A stretch of 64,000 nt of DNA from Enoplolaimus lenunculus (Eukaryota): contig JASANG010000266.1 in the NCBI GenBank assembly GCA_030248215.1, forward strand, positions 124,001 to 188,000. Reading direction: 5' to 3'. A model generated the notes under the pieces. That model was given only the letters and a program-made list of their open reading frames with translations, made no database searches and had not been told where the DNA came from. Of the stretch, positions 38,301-50,811 are shown piece after piece. Position 1 is the first letter of the stretch, and every line of letters begins with the position of its first letter. The position numbers were made by a program, and so were the translations under genes.

Positions 38301-41300
38301 TGCAAATTATCTATTAGCTAACTGCTCAATTATCGGATTTGGAGGTTTGTAAACAGTCTACGCAGATTCCTCGCACCCAAAAACCTTTTAATCCTAAAAT
38401 TATAATGCTTCTAACTGTAATAATTAGTGAAATATTGTGGAAAGTCCTAATTTAGGCTTAATTAATTATGCAAATTAGCCTGTAGCTAATAAACGGCTTA
38501 AAATTTTAAAACCCCAATGCGAGATTAACACCCCAGGATTCGCTCAATGGGCAAAATCGTTTCCAACAGGGTAACTGTTTTTGTTATATTATAGAAACCA
38601 TGATGTAAAAATGGAAAATGAACTTAAAAATAAAATCTATTAATAGCCTAGCTATTGCTTGAGCTCCTAGAAACTGAGGATTGAGTTTTTAATAATGTAA
38701 ATTTGAGTGTTTATTTAGCTCGAAGAAAAAGAACACATTGAAATGGACAGTTTAAAGGCTCGATTGGATCGTGAATACCAACAGTTACTCAAATCATTTA
38801 CTAAAGAGCTTGAAAAGTTACACATTCAACACCAAGCACATCTCGATTCGAAGGTATAGAGACAGATTGCTTAGTTTTGTTTATAAGGTCTTTTTTGTAT
38901 TTGGTATATGAAGGGTACCATTTTTCGATCATTTGCATATTACCAAGTTTTCACTATTTCATGACGGCACTGTGAATTGCGGAAATTCTATAATTTGCGC
39001 CAATTTGTTTGGCAGATCTGTAGGAATACCGAACTAACCTATTTTCAATGTTGGCAGGTTGTGTGCGATATAGTATATACCACATAATTTAACTGCTACC
39101 TAAGGTTGCATAAAAAGCTTGATGAACATATGGAAGAAAAATCTTTACACACTAAGCGTGATTTTTACTACACAGCTATATAAGTGTGTTTGAAGGTTCT
39201 TTTAAAGGCGTTGATGGTAGAAGTTGGTGATTAACATATTTTTCGCTAGCAACGCATAGTACTAGTCATATAAACATGTATTCGATGTACAGTTTGATGT
39301 GGCAAATTACGAATATTTGGAGATTTCAGGCAAAAGCTCATGAAGACATTGAACGTCGGCAGTTGAAACAAATGAAAGATCAGCAGGGCAACGAGATGCG
39401 CAGCATATCACAAAAGCAACGCAAAGAATACAAAACTCAACGTGATAGATGGAAACAGGTTTGCGAATTAAACAAATGTTTTGAGTTTACTTGCGACTGG
39501 TTCATGCTCTTATTAAAACTAATATGTTAATATTTTCAATTTTTGTTAGTGTTTTCGTTCGTTTTACATGCCTGTTAAAATTGTGGTACGAGCTGACAAA
39601 CCAATAAGTCGCTTAAGAAGTCAGATTCACATTGCTTTCAGGCGATACAGAACCAAATTGAAAAGCTTCATTCACTGTTGTGATAGTCTTAACCAGACTT
39701 TGTTGAAGAAATTTTTCAATAAAATGTGCAAAAAAACTAGTCGCCAAATTGGCGATTAACAAAAGTTTAGGCACTACTTCGATTTGAGAAAAAATAGTTC
39801 TATTAGCTTGAAACTTCGCAAAATCGAATTTCACAGGTTCAATGTCAGTGTGCGCAACGCAATATGTTGTTAACTAAATCAAGTCTAGCTTAGTTTATTA
39901 TGACATCAAGGTAAAACTATCCGCCAGGGTTAAAACAGTTTCGAGCTTTATGACAGTGGAAGCGTGTATAGCACCTAATATATAGCAACCCATTTAGCAC
40001 ATCGATTATGGTTTAGGAAGCAAAGAAATCGCGCTTGCGCACCGAATCGGTCGAGCGTAATTGCGATGCACTTGCCCAGCGACAACAGGACGAAATCACG
40101 TGTATTCTTGAAGAACAGCGTCGCGGACTTGATTTACACGTGCGCAAAATCCGGCGAACCCATATAGTCAACTATCACAAACTAGAACAAGATTTGCTCA
40201 AAGAGGTAAGCGTTTGTGTTTTGTTGGCTTCGTAGTTTTAAGTTCTTGGTGTTTTTTAGTTCCTGTCAGTTGTTATAATTTGTGCCTTAACAACAGCAGC
40301 CTTGAGTTTGCTAAACTTTCAGGAACTATCTGTTCGTTTGCGCCAATTGAACAAAGCTCATGAATTATTGCGTCGCCATGCGGAAGACACACAAAAGATT
40401 GAAACTGATCAGTTGCATGAATTGCAGAGCCTTCGCGAATCACAGCTTAATCGACGGCATGCAACCGAGCTTCAAAACCAACAGGGTTAGTTGTTAGTTT
40501 ACTATTTTGAGTGTTTATTTCTTTTTTGCCGTAATTTATAAGGGCGATAACACAACGTGGTTTTGAATTAAAGCTAATATAGAGATCGACTTTTGATAGT
40601 TATAGCATACATAACATCTCAAAAGTAATATATAATATATAATAAATAATCTGTTTTCTTATAGTGCAATCCCTATTCGCACAGACTTCAGGATGCCTCA
40701 TGTAAATACTGATGTGAGATATCGTGTGTAAGACAATTAAACCTGTTCTGCATATTGCACAGATAAACTGCTGTTTATCCTCATGGAGCCATCGCGAATT
40801 ATGGTATTTGTTATTAAAACTAAAATTGGTTACTGTTAATGAAAATTTTAATTTCAATTTCTAAATTATTTTGTTCCAGACTACACTCGTCGCCTGCAAG
40901 ACGATCTCAAAAAGCGCCACGCGTTCGCAACAAAACAACAGCCAAAAGAGCTCAAAGTAAGCATGGCTCCAGAGATTACTTTAAATCTGTTGCGTGGCGT
41001 TTCGTATTAAATAATGAATTTGTAGTCATTGTAATTTTTCTTGCTTCACATTTTCGTGTGTTTGACAACGACTTGAAATTGGTATGCGCTCAGCTTCGCA
41101 CAGAACACAAAAGAAACTGCAACAACATGTTTTGGTCACACTTATATATCAATGTCATTGGGCAGGAAATGTTATTACTAGCCTTGCAATCTACTTAATA
41201 ATACTTAATTTCTAGATTAAAGAAATTGCCATTCGTAAACAGTATCGCGAAGCAGTGAAAACGCAGACTCGACAATATAAAGCGCTGAAGGCTCAAGTTG

Positions 41301-44133
41301 CTGAAGGGAGAACAAAGTCTGAACAAACTGCAATTCTAAAGCAAATTAAGTACGAACAGAAGCGGAAAATTGCGACGCTGGAGGCACAATACGAAAAATC
41401 AATATCGGATATGATGGATAGCCAAGCGGTATTTTACTTAATTATCTGTTGCTTGTTTCGATAGCATTATAACATCCAATGTTGATAAATCTTGTTACGT
41501 ATTGTTTTATGTGAACGCCGTTGGAATTGAAGGTCGCAGCACTGAACTGGTTTGCTAAACTTCAAATTCACAATTTTTGCAAAACTAACCATGTATGAAT
41601 GTGTACGCCATATCTGCCGTATAAATCGTTAGCTGTTTACACCAATTTACGTTTTTCAATGTTCGTTTTGTTTTCACTGAATCCGTATGTGCAATGTTCA
41701 TTTCAGGTTAAACTTGAAACGGGTCAGGGCGATGAAGTCGCAGCCTTGCGAGATCGACTTAATTCCGAACTTGAACTGTTAATGGCGGCTCAAAGTCGTG
41801 CTCGTATGCAGTTGACAAGGCAGCACGAACAGGAACGATCAACTTTACAAGATCGTCAGAGCCACAGACGAGCGGTGCTGGAGCAACGAGTAAGTTCTTT
41901 TTCAAATTAATGTACTGTGGTTAGGAACTGGATCAGATGGGGTACAAATGCATTTTGTATTAAAATTATTTCTTTCTAGTGCATTTAAAACGATGCCTAG
42001 TGGTGCGTGAGTTGGAGAAACATGAGTTAAGTTCGATTTTGACTTAAACCGAGGCTGTACTTAATTTTTGTAGCTCTGGTTTGTCAATAAGAAATTTTAA
42101 ATACCAAATGAATAGCTGGACTAAGGATTATCAACATTTACGATATTTAAACGTAAGTCAGTTTTCGACGTTCAGGCTATACCGAATTAGTATCGAGGTC
42201 AACTTCAGTCGGGTCTCTGCCACCGAACTTGGATTTGCTAATTGACTGCTTGAACATATTAGTTTTTGACATCCACGCTGTATTTTAGATTGAGAAAGAA
42301 CTTGCAGAATTCGAAGCCGAACGTGTTAAACGAGTTGGCGAGCTTGAAAAACGACAAACCATAGAATTGCTGTCTTTCGACGAAGCTTCGAATAAGCTTG
42401 GTATTAAACATTCGCTTAGTTTGTCGGTCACTCCACGAACACATTTCCAACCACCTTCGCAAAGTAGTTACTCCCGGCATTCTGTCGTGCCAGACGCTAG
42501 CTCGGTTACAAATATTTCGGCAGCAACTTCTAGTCGAAGTGAAGAGCCATCGTTGGACTTAGGCGGTGATAGCCGTGGCGGCGTGAGCAATGAACAAGCA
42601 ACAGCTAGGAGCTCAACTTCATCACGTTCTGACTCGGCCGCATCATCGTTATTTGACACAGCCAGTGGTAATCTGGCAACAACCTTGGCTAGCAACGCTA
42701 GCTTGCCATGGTCACATAGCGATGTTGTTGCTGGTTGCACTGTTCGTGGACGTAATGAGCGATGCTCTTCTACTCCGCGTTTCAGTTGTGGAGACGATTG
42801 TGTTGATGGTAGTTCGTCGCGGTGTACTGTTAGTTATACATCTTCACCAGATTGCTGTCACAATTCGTCCCGTTGTGATCAAGCATTGTCAAAATACGCC
42901 AGTGGCCGTAAGCAAAACGATTCCGGCAGCGACAACCACCACGACTCCAAGGCTAGTCTTTGTAGCAGCAGCAGCAACAACAATGAAAATATCAACAAAA
43001 GTTACAGCACGTCACCGTCACCATCGGTAAAAATGGTCACCACTCAATTGGTGTCTAATGCTGCAAGTGGTTCAAGCCATCAACTGTCCTCCTCTTCCTC
43101 GTCATCTGTGGTTACCACAGCGATAGCTGGAAAGAATACAGCAACACTGCAGGCGATATATTCGACAAACATGGCCGACTCAGGTTTTAGTACTGCAGAA
43201 TCACCAACTGGATCACCACAATGCTCGCGTAAATCTGTAACATTGCTTTCTACTGCACCAAACCCAGTTGGGCATCGATTGTCAGTAACGCCTGATAGCT
43301 GTTGTAGCCACCGCTATCCGAACGCTAGTTGTTGCCATACAGACGGTAGAGTTGTGGTTGCAGTGACCGCCGACGATAAGGATAATGTACACAGCGGGCG
43401 ATCATATTATTGCCGAAACAACAATAATAATATCAACAACAACAATAATATCAACAACAACCTTAACAATAATATTAACAAAGTTAAATCAGCACTGTTC
43501 GCCAGCAGCGGAACTGAGTCACACGCTGGTTCAATAAATCGAGCCCGAAGCGCAAGTATGACACCGCCAGTAGGCGCAACCAGTAGCTCAAGTGAGCTAA
43601 GGTGCTTGCGTCACGAACCGAATGATGACCGGCAGCCTGGTAAATGCTTCCATGTGGTTCGCTGTGGTTCAAGTCGCGACGGAACATCTGCTGCGCGTTA
43701 CGCTGGCGATAGTTTTGGTGTAAGTCGCCGCAGTGACAGACAAGAACTGCCGACAGCAGCAAACGGTGGATTGAAAGAAGGTATCTACGAGCGTGAGTTG
43801 TTGACCGATACCAGCCAAGGACAACAGCGTCGTGGTGGCAGCGAAAACAATGATTATACCGTGGAGTCAAACCAACGATGCAGAGTATCGGTGCATTGTG
43901 GTGCTCAGTCGGTTGTGAGCTTAACGGCGTCAATGTATGATCGATCTCCAGTAGAACAACAGATTGAACGACGTGGAAATCCGTCATTACAACAGACAGT
44001 AGGTGGATGTCATCGTTCAAATAGTACTGGATCAACAGGTAGTTGTCCAAAAAGTCTACCTGACACACATGATTCGCTGTCAGAACGAAGCCGTGCCGGC
44101 GGTGCTGTGCTCGTGTTAGATACTTCACCGTAG
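29377..44133 (+). CDS. TAOK: TAO-family STE20 serine/threonine kinase, 19 coding exons
   Basis: Exons: 29377-29511, 30414-30485, 30798-30899, 31521-31566, 32053-32159, 32992-33034, 33321-33473, 33777-33970, 35708-35974, 36205-36921, 37245-37397, 38719-38853, 39330-39458, 40017-40205, 40323-40485, 40880-40956, 41216-41428, 41707-41889, 42289-44133; all GT-AG and in phase. Motifs [107 protein letters not shown] are TAO-specific. Confidence 0.96.
29553..29998 (-). mobile_element. Fold-back element with ~185-bp inverted arms around a tRNA-like core (TAO intron 1)
   Basis: Termini TGTGACATGCG...CGCATGTCACA; arms are reverse complements along their length; flanks TACTC/TATTC (5-bp TSD, one mismatch); minus-strand core GCGGTATGCTCAGTGGTTAGCGCG...GAGTTCGAAACC. 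Confidence 0.85.
34369..35598. mobile_element. hAT-type MITE (CAGG...CCCTG) with nested insertions
   Basis: 8-bp TSD ATTATTAC both sides; GTCTCG/CGAGAC subterminal repeats; uninterrupted homolog at 56401-56977. Confidence 0.8.
34830..35378 (+). mobile_element. Two tandem copies (34830-35090, 35125-35378) of the piggyBac-type tRNA-bearing MITE
   Basis: Each starts ATAA|CCCCTTCTCACATAGA and ends AAGGG|TTAA; A box TAGCT(A/G)AGTGG and B box GAGTTCGAATCC intact in both. Confidence 0.8.
37908..38548 (-). mobile_element. HINE-type element, internally deleted copy (TAO intron 11)
   Basis: Hairpin and subTIR at 37914-37947, central repeats, ends TTCGCTCAAT. Confidence 0.75.
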
Positions 44134-45327
44134 GTTATGAAAATTATTGGTTGCGTAGGTTGCTTAGGTTGCTTGTTCCTGTTGCAATACAGATCATTGT
44201 GAGCTTGACTAGTGTATAAGCGGCAATATTGTTTTGTTACATACAATCGCAGTGCCACCAGAAAAACTCAATGCCGCTTATACTGTTTGTCGCATAGTAA
44301 ATTTTCTTCCGGAACTTGGTCTCGAAATAGCAAAATTTTAAACAGCCTTTTTATTTACATCTATTATGATAGGTAAGCAAGACACCACTAATTTAAGTGA
44401 TAGAAAATTACACGAGAAATACTTTGCATACATTTTGCGAATTATGTTCCATTAACTCAGTTATGTTGTTACAGTGTTTGGTTACTGCTCGCACAACAAT
44501 TTGGTTTGTTTTGTATGCAAACTTAGTCTACATCGTATCGTTTTAATAATTTAATTACATACGTCAAAGTTGCGAAAATGCTTTGTGCTAGTTTTGTAAC
44601 TAAAAATCAACAAGATTGCAAAAATTGTATATTACAGTCTGCTGTCGTTTTTCTGTTGCTGTGTTCTATCTGCCATTATTATGATTCACTATTTTGCTGC
44701 CGGCACGACTAAGGAAGTTTCTTGTAAAACACATTTAGTACTAAAAGCCACCGTTTTATTAAACTACGTATTATTTCTACAGAATCTGAAAGTCTCTCCA
44801 TAAATTTCTTGCGATAAACCTGTGTAAATTTGTAAGCAGTTCCTTAACTGTTCCGGGAGACCGGGTACTCATCTCTCATGCATCGGATTTAATGTCACAG
44901 ACTAGGCCAGAACAACGGAGGGGGTGGCTACCCCTATGGGCATCATCAATCCCTATTTCTTGGACAGCATTAAAGAAATTCTGTGTAAATAAAAATTTTC
45001 CTGCCTTCTAGAAACGTTCCTGACCCTCTACTATTACAATTCGTAGTTGCGGGGATGGCCATTAGGCACTTTAGATAAGAGAATTATAGGGATTAATATT
45101 CCATACCGTTGAAGCAGAAGGATTGAACGAAACTCAGAAATACTACAATAAACAATGTCGGAAATCTAAATTCTAAGAGTGGAATATCAATTAAAATTTT
45201 TAAAAAGTCTATTGTTTAAACATAGTGTATCAAGAAGCAAGGGAGTAAAAACTGCCGGTAAAAATGGAATAAAACCAAAATTCTGGAAACGGAAATAAAA
45301 ACGAAAACGGTTTCTTTGTGAAAACCT

Positions 45328-45421
45328 TAGGTCGTGAGCCAGATTCGAACCTCTGTCACATAGGAAACATCAAACCACCTGTACGCAAAGCCAACAGATA
45401 ACCGACTACAATACACTACCC
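45328..45421 (-). repeat. tRNA-derived SINE-head-like fragment
   Basis: Minus strand GGTAGTGTATTGTAGTCGGTTATC...GAGGTTCGAATCTGGCTCACGACC: good B box, partial acceptor-stem pairing, expanded middle. Confidence 0.45.
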
Positions 45422-47374
45422 GGTGGACGACATATTATGACAATCCGCGTGTTACGTGTATTTCGCACGTACCTACATCTTTTATGTGTTGATTAATTCG
45501 TGCAATGTATATACAAATTAAAAAGTTATTGAACAGCCATATAAACATGATTTAGCAACGTCGGAAAAAGGATTGGGTGACTTCGATTTTTAAAGCAGAG
45601 TGCAATTATGGAATACATGGTATAAAAAAGCATAAAACGAAGAAAACGTATCAGGTTTTCATTGGTTGAAACCGACAATAGACTAAACGCTACATAAACT
45701 GCATGTAGAAACTAAACAATAGCATGTGGGAGACATACCACTTTAAATGATGATATGCCTAGTGGACCGTAAACAATCTTGCAGCAAAACACTGCATTTT
45801 CAGTGATTTTCAATAAAACGGATTACAAAGTACTACAGAATCCTCCACAGATATTCAAGCTTTATTGCAAGTTGACAATGTTTTTCGTAGGTTTTCGGTT
45901 ATAACGTTATACTAATGAGTCTCTGTTTAACCTCTTCAGTCAGATATATCTAGTTTCAAAGCAGTGCATTAGTAAAAATTAGTACGAACTCTTCTTTATG
46001 CGATCGATCAGTATAATTGCAGATTATTTTAAAAGGCTATAAAGCACTAAGCTGTGATTGTTGTATTTTTATTCGCGGCATTGCATGGTTGTTGCATTTT
46101 TGTATTTATATAATATTATATTCGAACAATTTCAATATAATGTTTAATTGCTGATAAGTGTTCAATCTGATGTGTTTGCACGAACTGTCTTGCGCTTTCT
46201 CAACAGATTAGGTTAAGGCTCAGAATTACGCTTAAGCTTATAGGATAAGGCTTAAACAAGGTTTATGCTTTTAGGCATAGGTAAGCCTTGTTCTAATCCT
46301 TATAACCGTGGAGGTAAACGTACAAGAACCGCTGCATAATATGACCGGCACGTGCTATCGTTTTGTTTTTTCAAATCCCAAAAATTCTTCATCCACTTGT
46401 AAATTTTTTGTACTCGGCTAGTAAATTGTGTTTAAATCGCCTATACTTGCTTCCATGCTTTTTGAAAATTTTACTTGGTGTTGGTTTAACGTATGGATAA
46501 TTAACGTGGCCTGGTAAATTGTAATCATGGTTATCTGTATATATATTTTTTAATTTTTTGTGCATTTCCTCATAAAAATCTGTTCAATATGTCAGTGATT
46601 AAACGTGTCTGATTTGTTTTTTGAGCAGCTTAATCCCAACAATAGTTGCTTATTAATTTTAACGGCTGTACAGTTTTGCTAACCTTTTTGCCTACTCTGC
46701 CTTTAAACATTGTTTGTTCTGGGACCGAATTGAAATTGTATAATTTAGTGTAATTCACGAATGGTGAAATACAATTTTTATTACTTTAATGATGAGTTGC
46801 CAATTAAAATGTCTTGCAAAACGACGTGCACCCGGATGAGGAAGACTTAGCAGTCGCTAAGCATGTTGTGTGCCGTTGATGACATCAACGATATTTATTG
46901 TTGGTCTTACCCAAATTTCCTGCGGTAGGTTTCACTTGACTCAAGGTAATGAGGTAGTTGGTGCGTAAAACCATATTGACGTAAAGTCATATGCTCGTCA
47001 ATTAGTTCTAATTCCAAGTATATTTTCATTTTTATACGTAAATTTAGCCGACATTTTCAAACATCATGTGAAAGCTTGAAATTCTAAGCATACCTACGCG
47101 TCACTTGGGTTTACTTTTTCAAACATTGCATATTGAGCATTGACACTGAAGTAAACGGAAGATGGTCACTTCGTCTTGATCGGCTACTCTTTATTGAAAA
47201 TTTCATTTGAATTTTCCTATTAAACTGCAGGTGCTCTAATCTGGGTATTGACTTACATTCAATATGCATCAAACGTTGTATTTCCGAAAATGCGTTCAGT
47301 TCAATTCAATCAACAAATTTGTCGGTCCGAATACTTGGATGGTTACATATATTTACGTTGGTAAATAAAATTTC

Positions 47375-47535
47375 TGTCCATGTAAATATAAGGGGCAAAA
47401 CGATTTTCCGCCGGAATGCAATAGAGAATGCTTAAGGTTCAGACTTTTTTGCTAAGGCTACCAGCTCATTCTTAGGTTTAGTCTTGGCTTAGGAATTTAC
47501 TTATCGTACGCGGCCTTGTTCTTTTTACATTGGCC
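47375..47535 (+). mobile_element. Degenerate copy of the GGCC/TTAGGC MITE
   Basis: Ends TTTTTACATTGGCC as in the other copies; internal GCTTAGG remnants; TSD decayed. Confidence 0.6.
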
Positions 47536-47964
47536 GAATTTTCTAACATACAAAACAAGTATCAGGAAAATGCTGTTAAAATATATCAAAGTCATCAAAC
47601 TAAAAAGTGATTTTTGCGCATTTCGACAGATGTAAACAAGAATCGTTTTTATATTTTTGAAATTATAATGATGCGTAGTAAACAGCAGGGTACAACAGGA
47701 GGTTTGCATCAAGCTCTGCCAGATAATGGATTTCCTGTTCGGTAGGATCCTTGCGGGAAATTCTAGCAACTTTCGCAGCGAAATTTGTGTGCTCTTCTTT
47801 TCATAAAGAATGAAGATTCAGAGTTTTTCCCCGAAAAAATTGAACGCACTGGAAAAACGTTTTTTTTTCGGAAAAAAGGAAAAATTTAAAATCGTTGTGC
47901 TATTTAGCAATGGTTCCGGAGAGCAGCATTTGCTACTCTTTGTGCATACACGAAGATTTTAAAC

Positions 47965-48077
47965 TTTGTTGTTGTTGCTATGTTGATGCTGCTGCCGCTG
48001 CTGTTGTTGCTGTTTTGTTGTTGTTGTCGTCGTCGTTGTTGTTGATGATGTTGTTGTTGTTGTTGATGATGTTATTG
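47965..48077. repeat. Compound (TGT/TGC/TGA/CGT)n microsatellite
   Basis: Direct reading of the trinucleotide runs. Confidence 0.9.
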
Positions 48078-48513
48078 TGGTTTAGTCAGCAAGATCACTT
48101 AGTGGGGGGATTGGGGGCAGCAGCCTTCATCCTTCATAGGGTCCTTCCAAGTGTGGGGGTGCAGGGGGCGGTGTGGCCCCCCTGATATAATGTCCGTTTT
48201 ATTCCTGTGAAAATATATAGCTCCCCCATTTTCCGGTTTCCCAAAGAAGGTGTATTCTTGTAATGGGGTTCTACACGGGGGGCATTGCAGAGGGTGTTCC
48301 CCCACATTTGGCTGGTGCCCCCACACCCAAAATGACGCGGGCCAGACATTGTGATAAAAATCGATTTTTCGATCCATTCCGCATCATCTCGTTCAGAAAT
48401 TTTCAACTGTGTTCGTGGTTTGAACGAAAAAAATTCGCACAGTTTTATAAAGGTATAAAATGCAGTGATATGTAAGTCAGCTGGGGCTGCCAGGGCTGCA
48501 AGTAGGTACAGAC

Positions 48514-49815
48514 GGAAGTGACAGGTGGCGCATCCCCAACTTCGGAAATCTTCGTTCCTCCCCATCGATCTAATTAATTTTGTGCAATCTGATTAGAAAT
48601 TGATGTGTGTCCCACTGTCCTGTTTACTCAGGAAAAATTTGCAGCTGTCCCATTTTCCCATTTGCCCGAAACACACCAGTCCCGTTTTCGCAGCAAAAAA
48701 CTGCAGCTGTCTCGTTTTCCTAATTGCTCCAAACCGGTCTGTGCCATTGTCCCGTTTTCGTAGCGAAAACTTGCAGATGCCCCGTGTTCCCATTTTCCCG
48801 AAACAAACCTGACCGGTTTCCCTGTTTTCCCGAAACAGGCCTGTCTCATTGCAGCTGTCCCGTTTTCCCATTTAACCGAAATAGGCCTGTCCCATTGTTC
48901 CGTTTTCCAAGCGAAAATTTGCAGCTATCCCGTTTTCCCATTTGCCCGAAACACAACAGTCCCGTTTTCACAGCAAAAAACTGCAACTGTCCCGTTTTCC
49001 TAATTGCTCCAAACAGGTCTGTCCCGTTGTCCCGTTTTCGTAGCGAAAACTTGCAGATGTCCCGTGTTCCCATTTTTCCGAAACAAACCTGACCCGTTTC
49101 CCTGTTTTTCCGAAACAGGCCTGTCTCATTGCAGCTGTCCCGTTTTCCCATTTGACCGAAATAGGCCTGTCCCATTGTTCCGTTTTCCCTGCGAAAATTT
49201 GCAGCTATCCCGTTTTCCCATTTGCCCGAAACACACTAGTCCCGTTTGCACAGCAAAAACTGCAGCTGTCCCGTTTTCCTAATTGCTCCAAACAGGCCTG
49301 TCCATTGTCTCGTTTTTCCCGGCGAAAAATTGCGTTGTCCCGTTTTCCCATTTTTCCGAAACAGACCTGTCTCATTGTCCCGTTTTTCCAGGGAAAATTG
49401 GCAGCTGTCCCGTTTTCCCATTTTCCCGAATCAAACCTGTCCCGTATTCCCAGCGAAGAATTGCAGCTGTCCGTTTTTCCAATTGCCCCAAACAGGCCTA
49501 CTCCATTGTTAACGGGAGTGACAGGTGGCGCAACCCCAACTACGGAAATCTGCGTTCCCATCCCTCGATCCAACAAATTTTGTACAATCTGATTAGAAAT
49601 TGATTTGTGTCCCACTGTCCTGCTATCCCAGAAAAAATTTGCAGGTGTCCCGTTTTTGCCATTCGCTCGAAACATATCGGTCCCGTTTTCTCAGCGGAAA
49701 ATTGCAGCTGTCCCGTTTTTCCGTTTGCCCGAAACATAGCTCTCCCGTTTTCTTGTTTTACCAGCAAAACATTACAGCTGTTCCGTTTTCCAATTTGCCT
49801 GAAAAAAGGCTATTC
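48514..49815. repeat. Hierarchical GTCCCGTTTT minisatellite
   Basis: Short GTCCCGTTTT(CC) units form a 280-bp repeat (48641, 48921, 49201); a ~105-bp header GTGACAGGTGGCGCA...GTCCCACTGTCC recurs at 48514 and 49514. Confidence 0.85.
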
Positions 49816-50811
49816 CATTGATTTGTCTATTGAATGAATGGGGTGAATCGTATGACTTGTATTACAGTATTAACATTTGTTAACTAGTTTTATGGGAATC
49901 AATCGGATATTTTTTCATATCAGCTTAAATCTTCAAATCGTCATACGTCGATTTTTAAAGTCACGTCTCTGCTCAATTGCGTATCAAAATAATATGGCTA
50001 GTGTGTTTCGATTTGAAACAGTTAAAATTGTATAGAGCGCTTACTGTCTATATGCATTTGCATTTAGACAGATATTTCTGACAGAGAGCTGCATTATATG
50101 CTGCGTAAATCGAAATTCAGTGTGTTCGTTTATCAGTTCCTGCAGTGAGTTTGACCATTGTTTTGATGGATTCTATTCTACTTTGGTACTTATCTATCCG
50201 TAGGCTTGTACGAAACCCGACATTTTTGACGAATCATCTCGCTAAGCAATCGTTGGATAAGTTCTCAAAGGCGATTTTCAAACCTGGTATCGTCCGGGTA
50301 CACATATATACTGGATGGATATTTCTTTAAACTCCAAATTTTTAAAAAATAATTATTGATAAACAAATTTTCCTTTTGCTTTGAAAGCAAAATTTCCTTT
50401 ATTTTAAAGGATTTGTTTATTTATTATATGTTTTTGTCCCTGTCGCAATTTTAAACAAGGTGTGACGGTCCATCCTATTATTAATTGCATAGGTACCGTA
50501 TTCAGATTAGTGTAGTTTACCATTGCGTTCGAGTGAAGCAAGCGCGGTGTTGTCTTGAATTCACGACCGTTAGCTCCTTCAAATGGTTGTTCAACACCTA
50601 ATAAAAGCCACTCGCAATTTCAGCTTGTTATAAATTCAGCATGTGTTGTACGTAAAATGGATTGTCGAGGCATCCTCGAGTATGCAACTGTGTAAATTTT
50701 GTTATATGGCTCATTACAGAAGCGATTGTACGTAGGCTGTACGGCAATGTAATAGCATGCACATATATAGTTATCTAAACGAGTATATATAGATATACAC
50801 TGTGAATACTT

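Noticed and set aside
43484..44128. 214-aa antisense ORF in the last TAO exon
   Set aside because: Probable shadow of the coding strand; no motif or splice support.
48600..49500. CRISPR-like periodicity
   Set aside because: The intervening sequences are themselves repeated, there are no cas genes and the context is eukaryotic.
48593..49837. Many overlapping ORFs on both strands
   Set aside because: Artefacts of the GTCCCGTTTT minisatellite.
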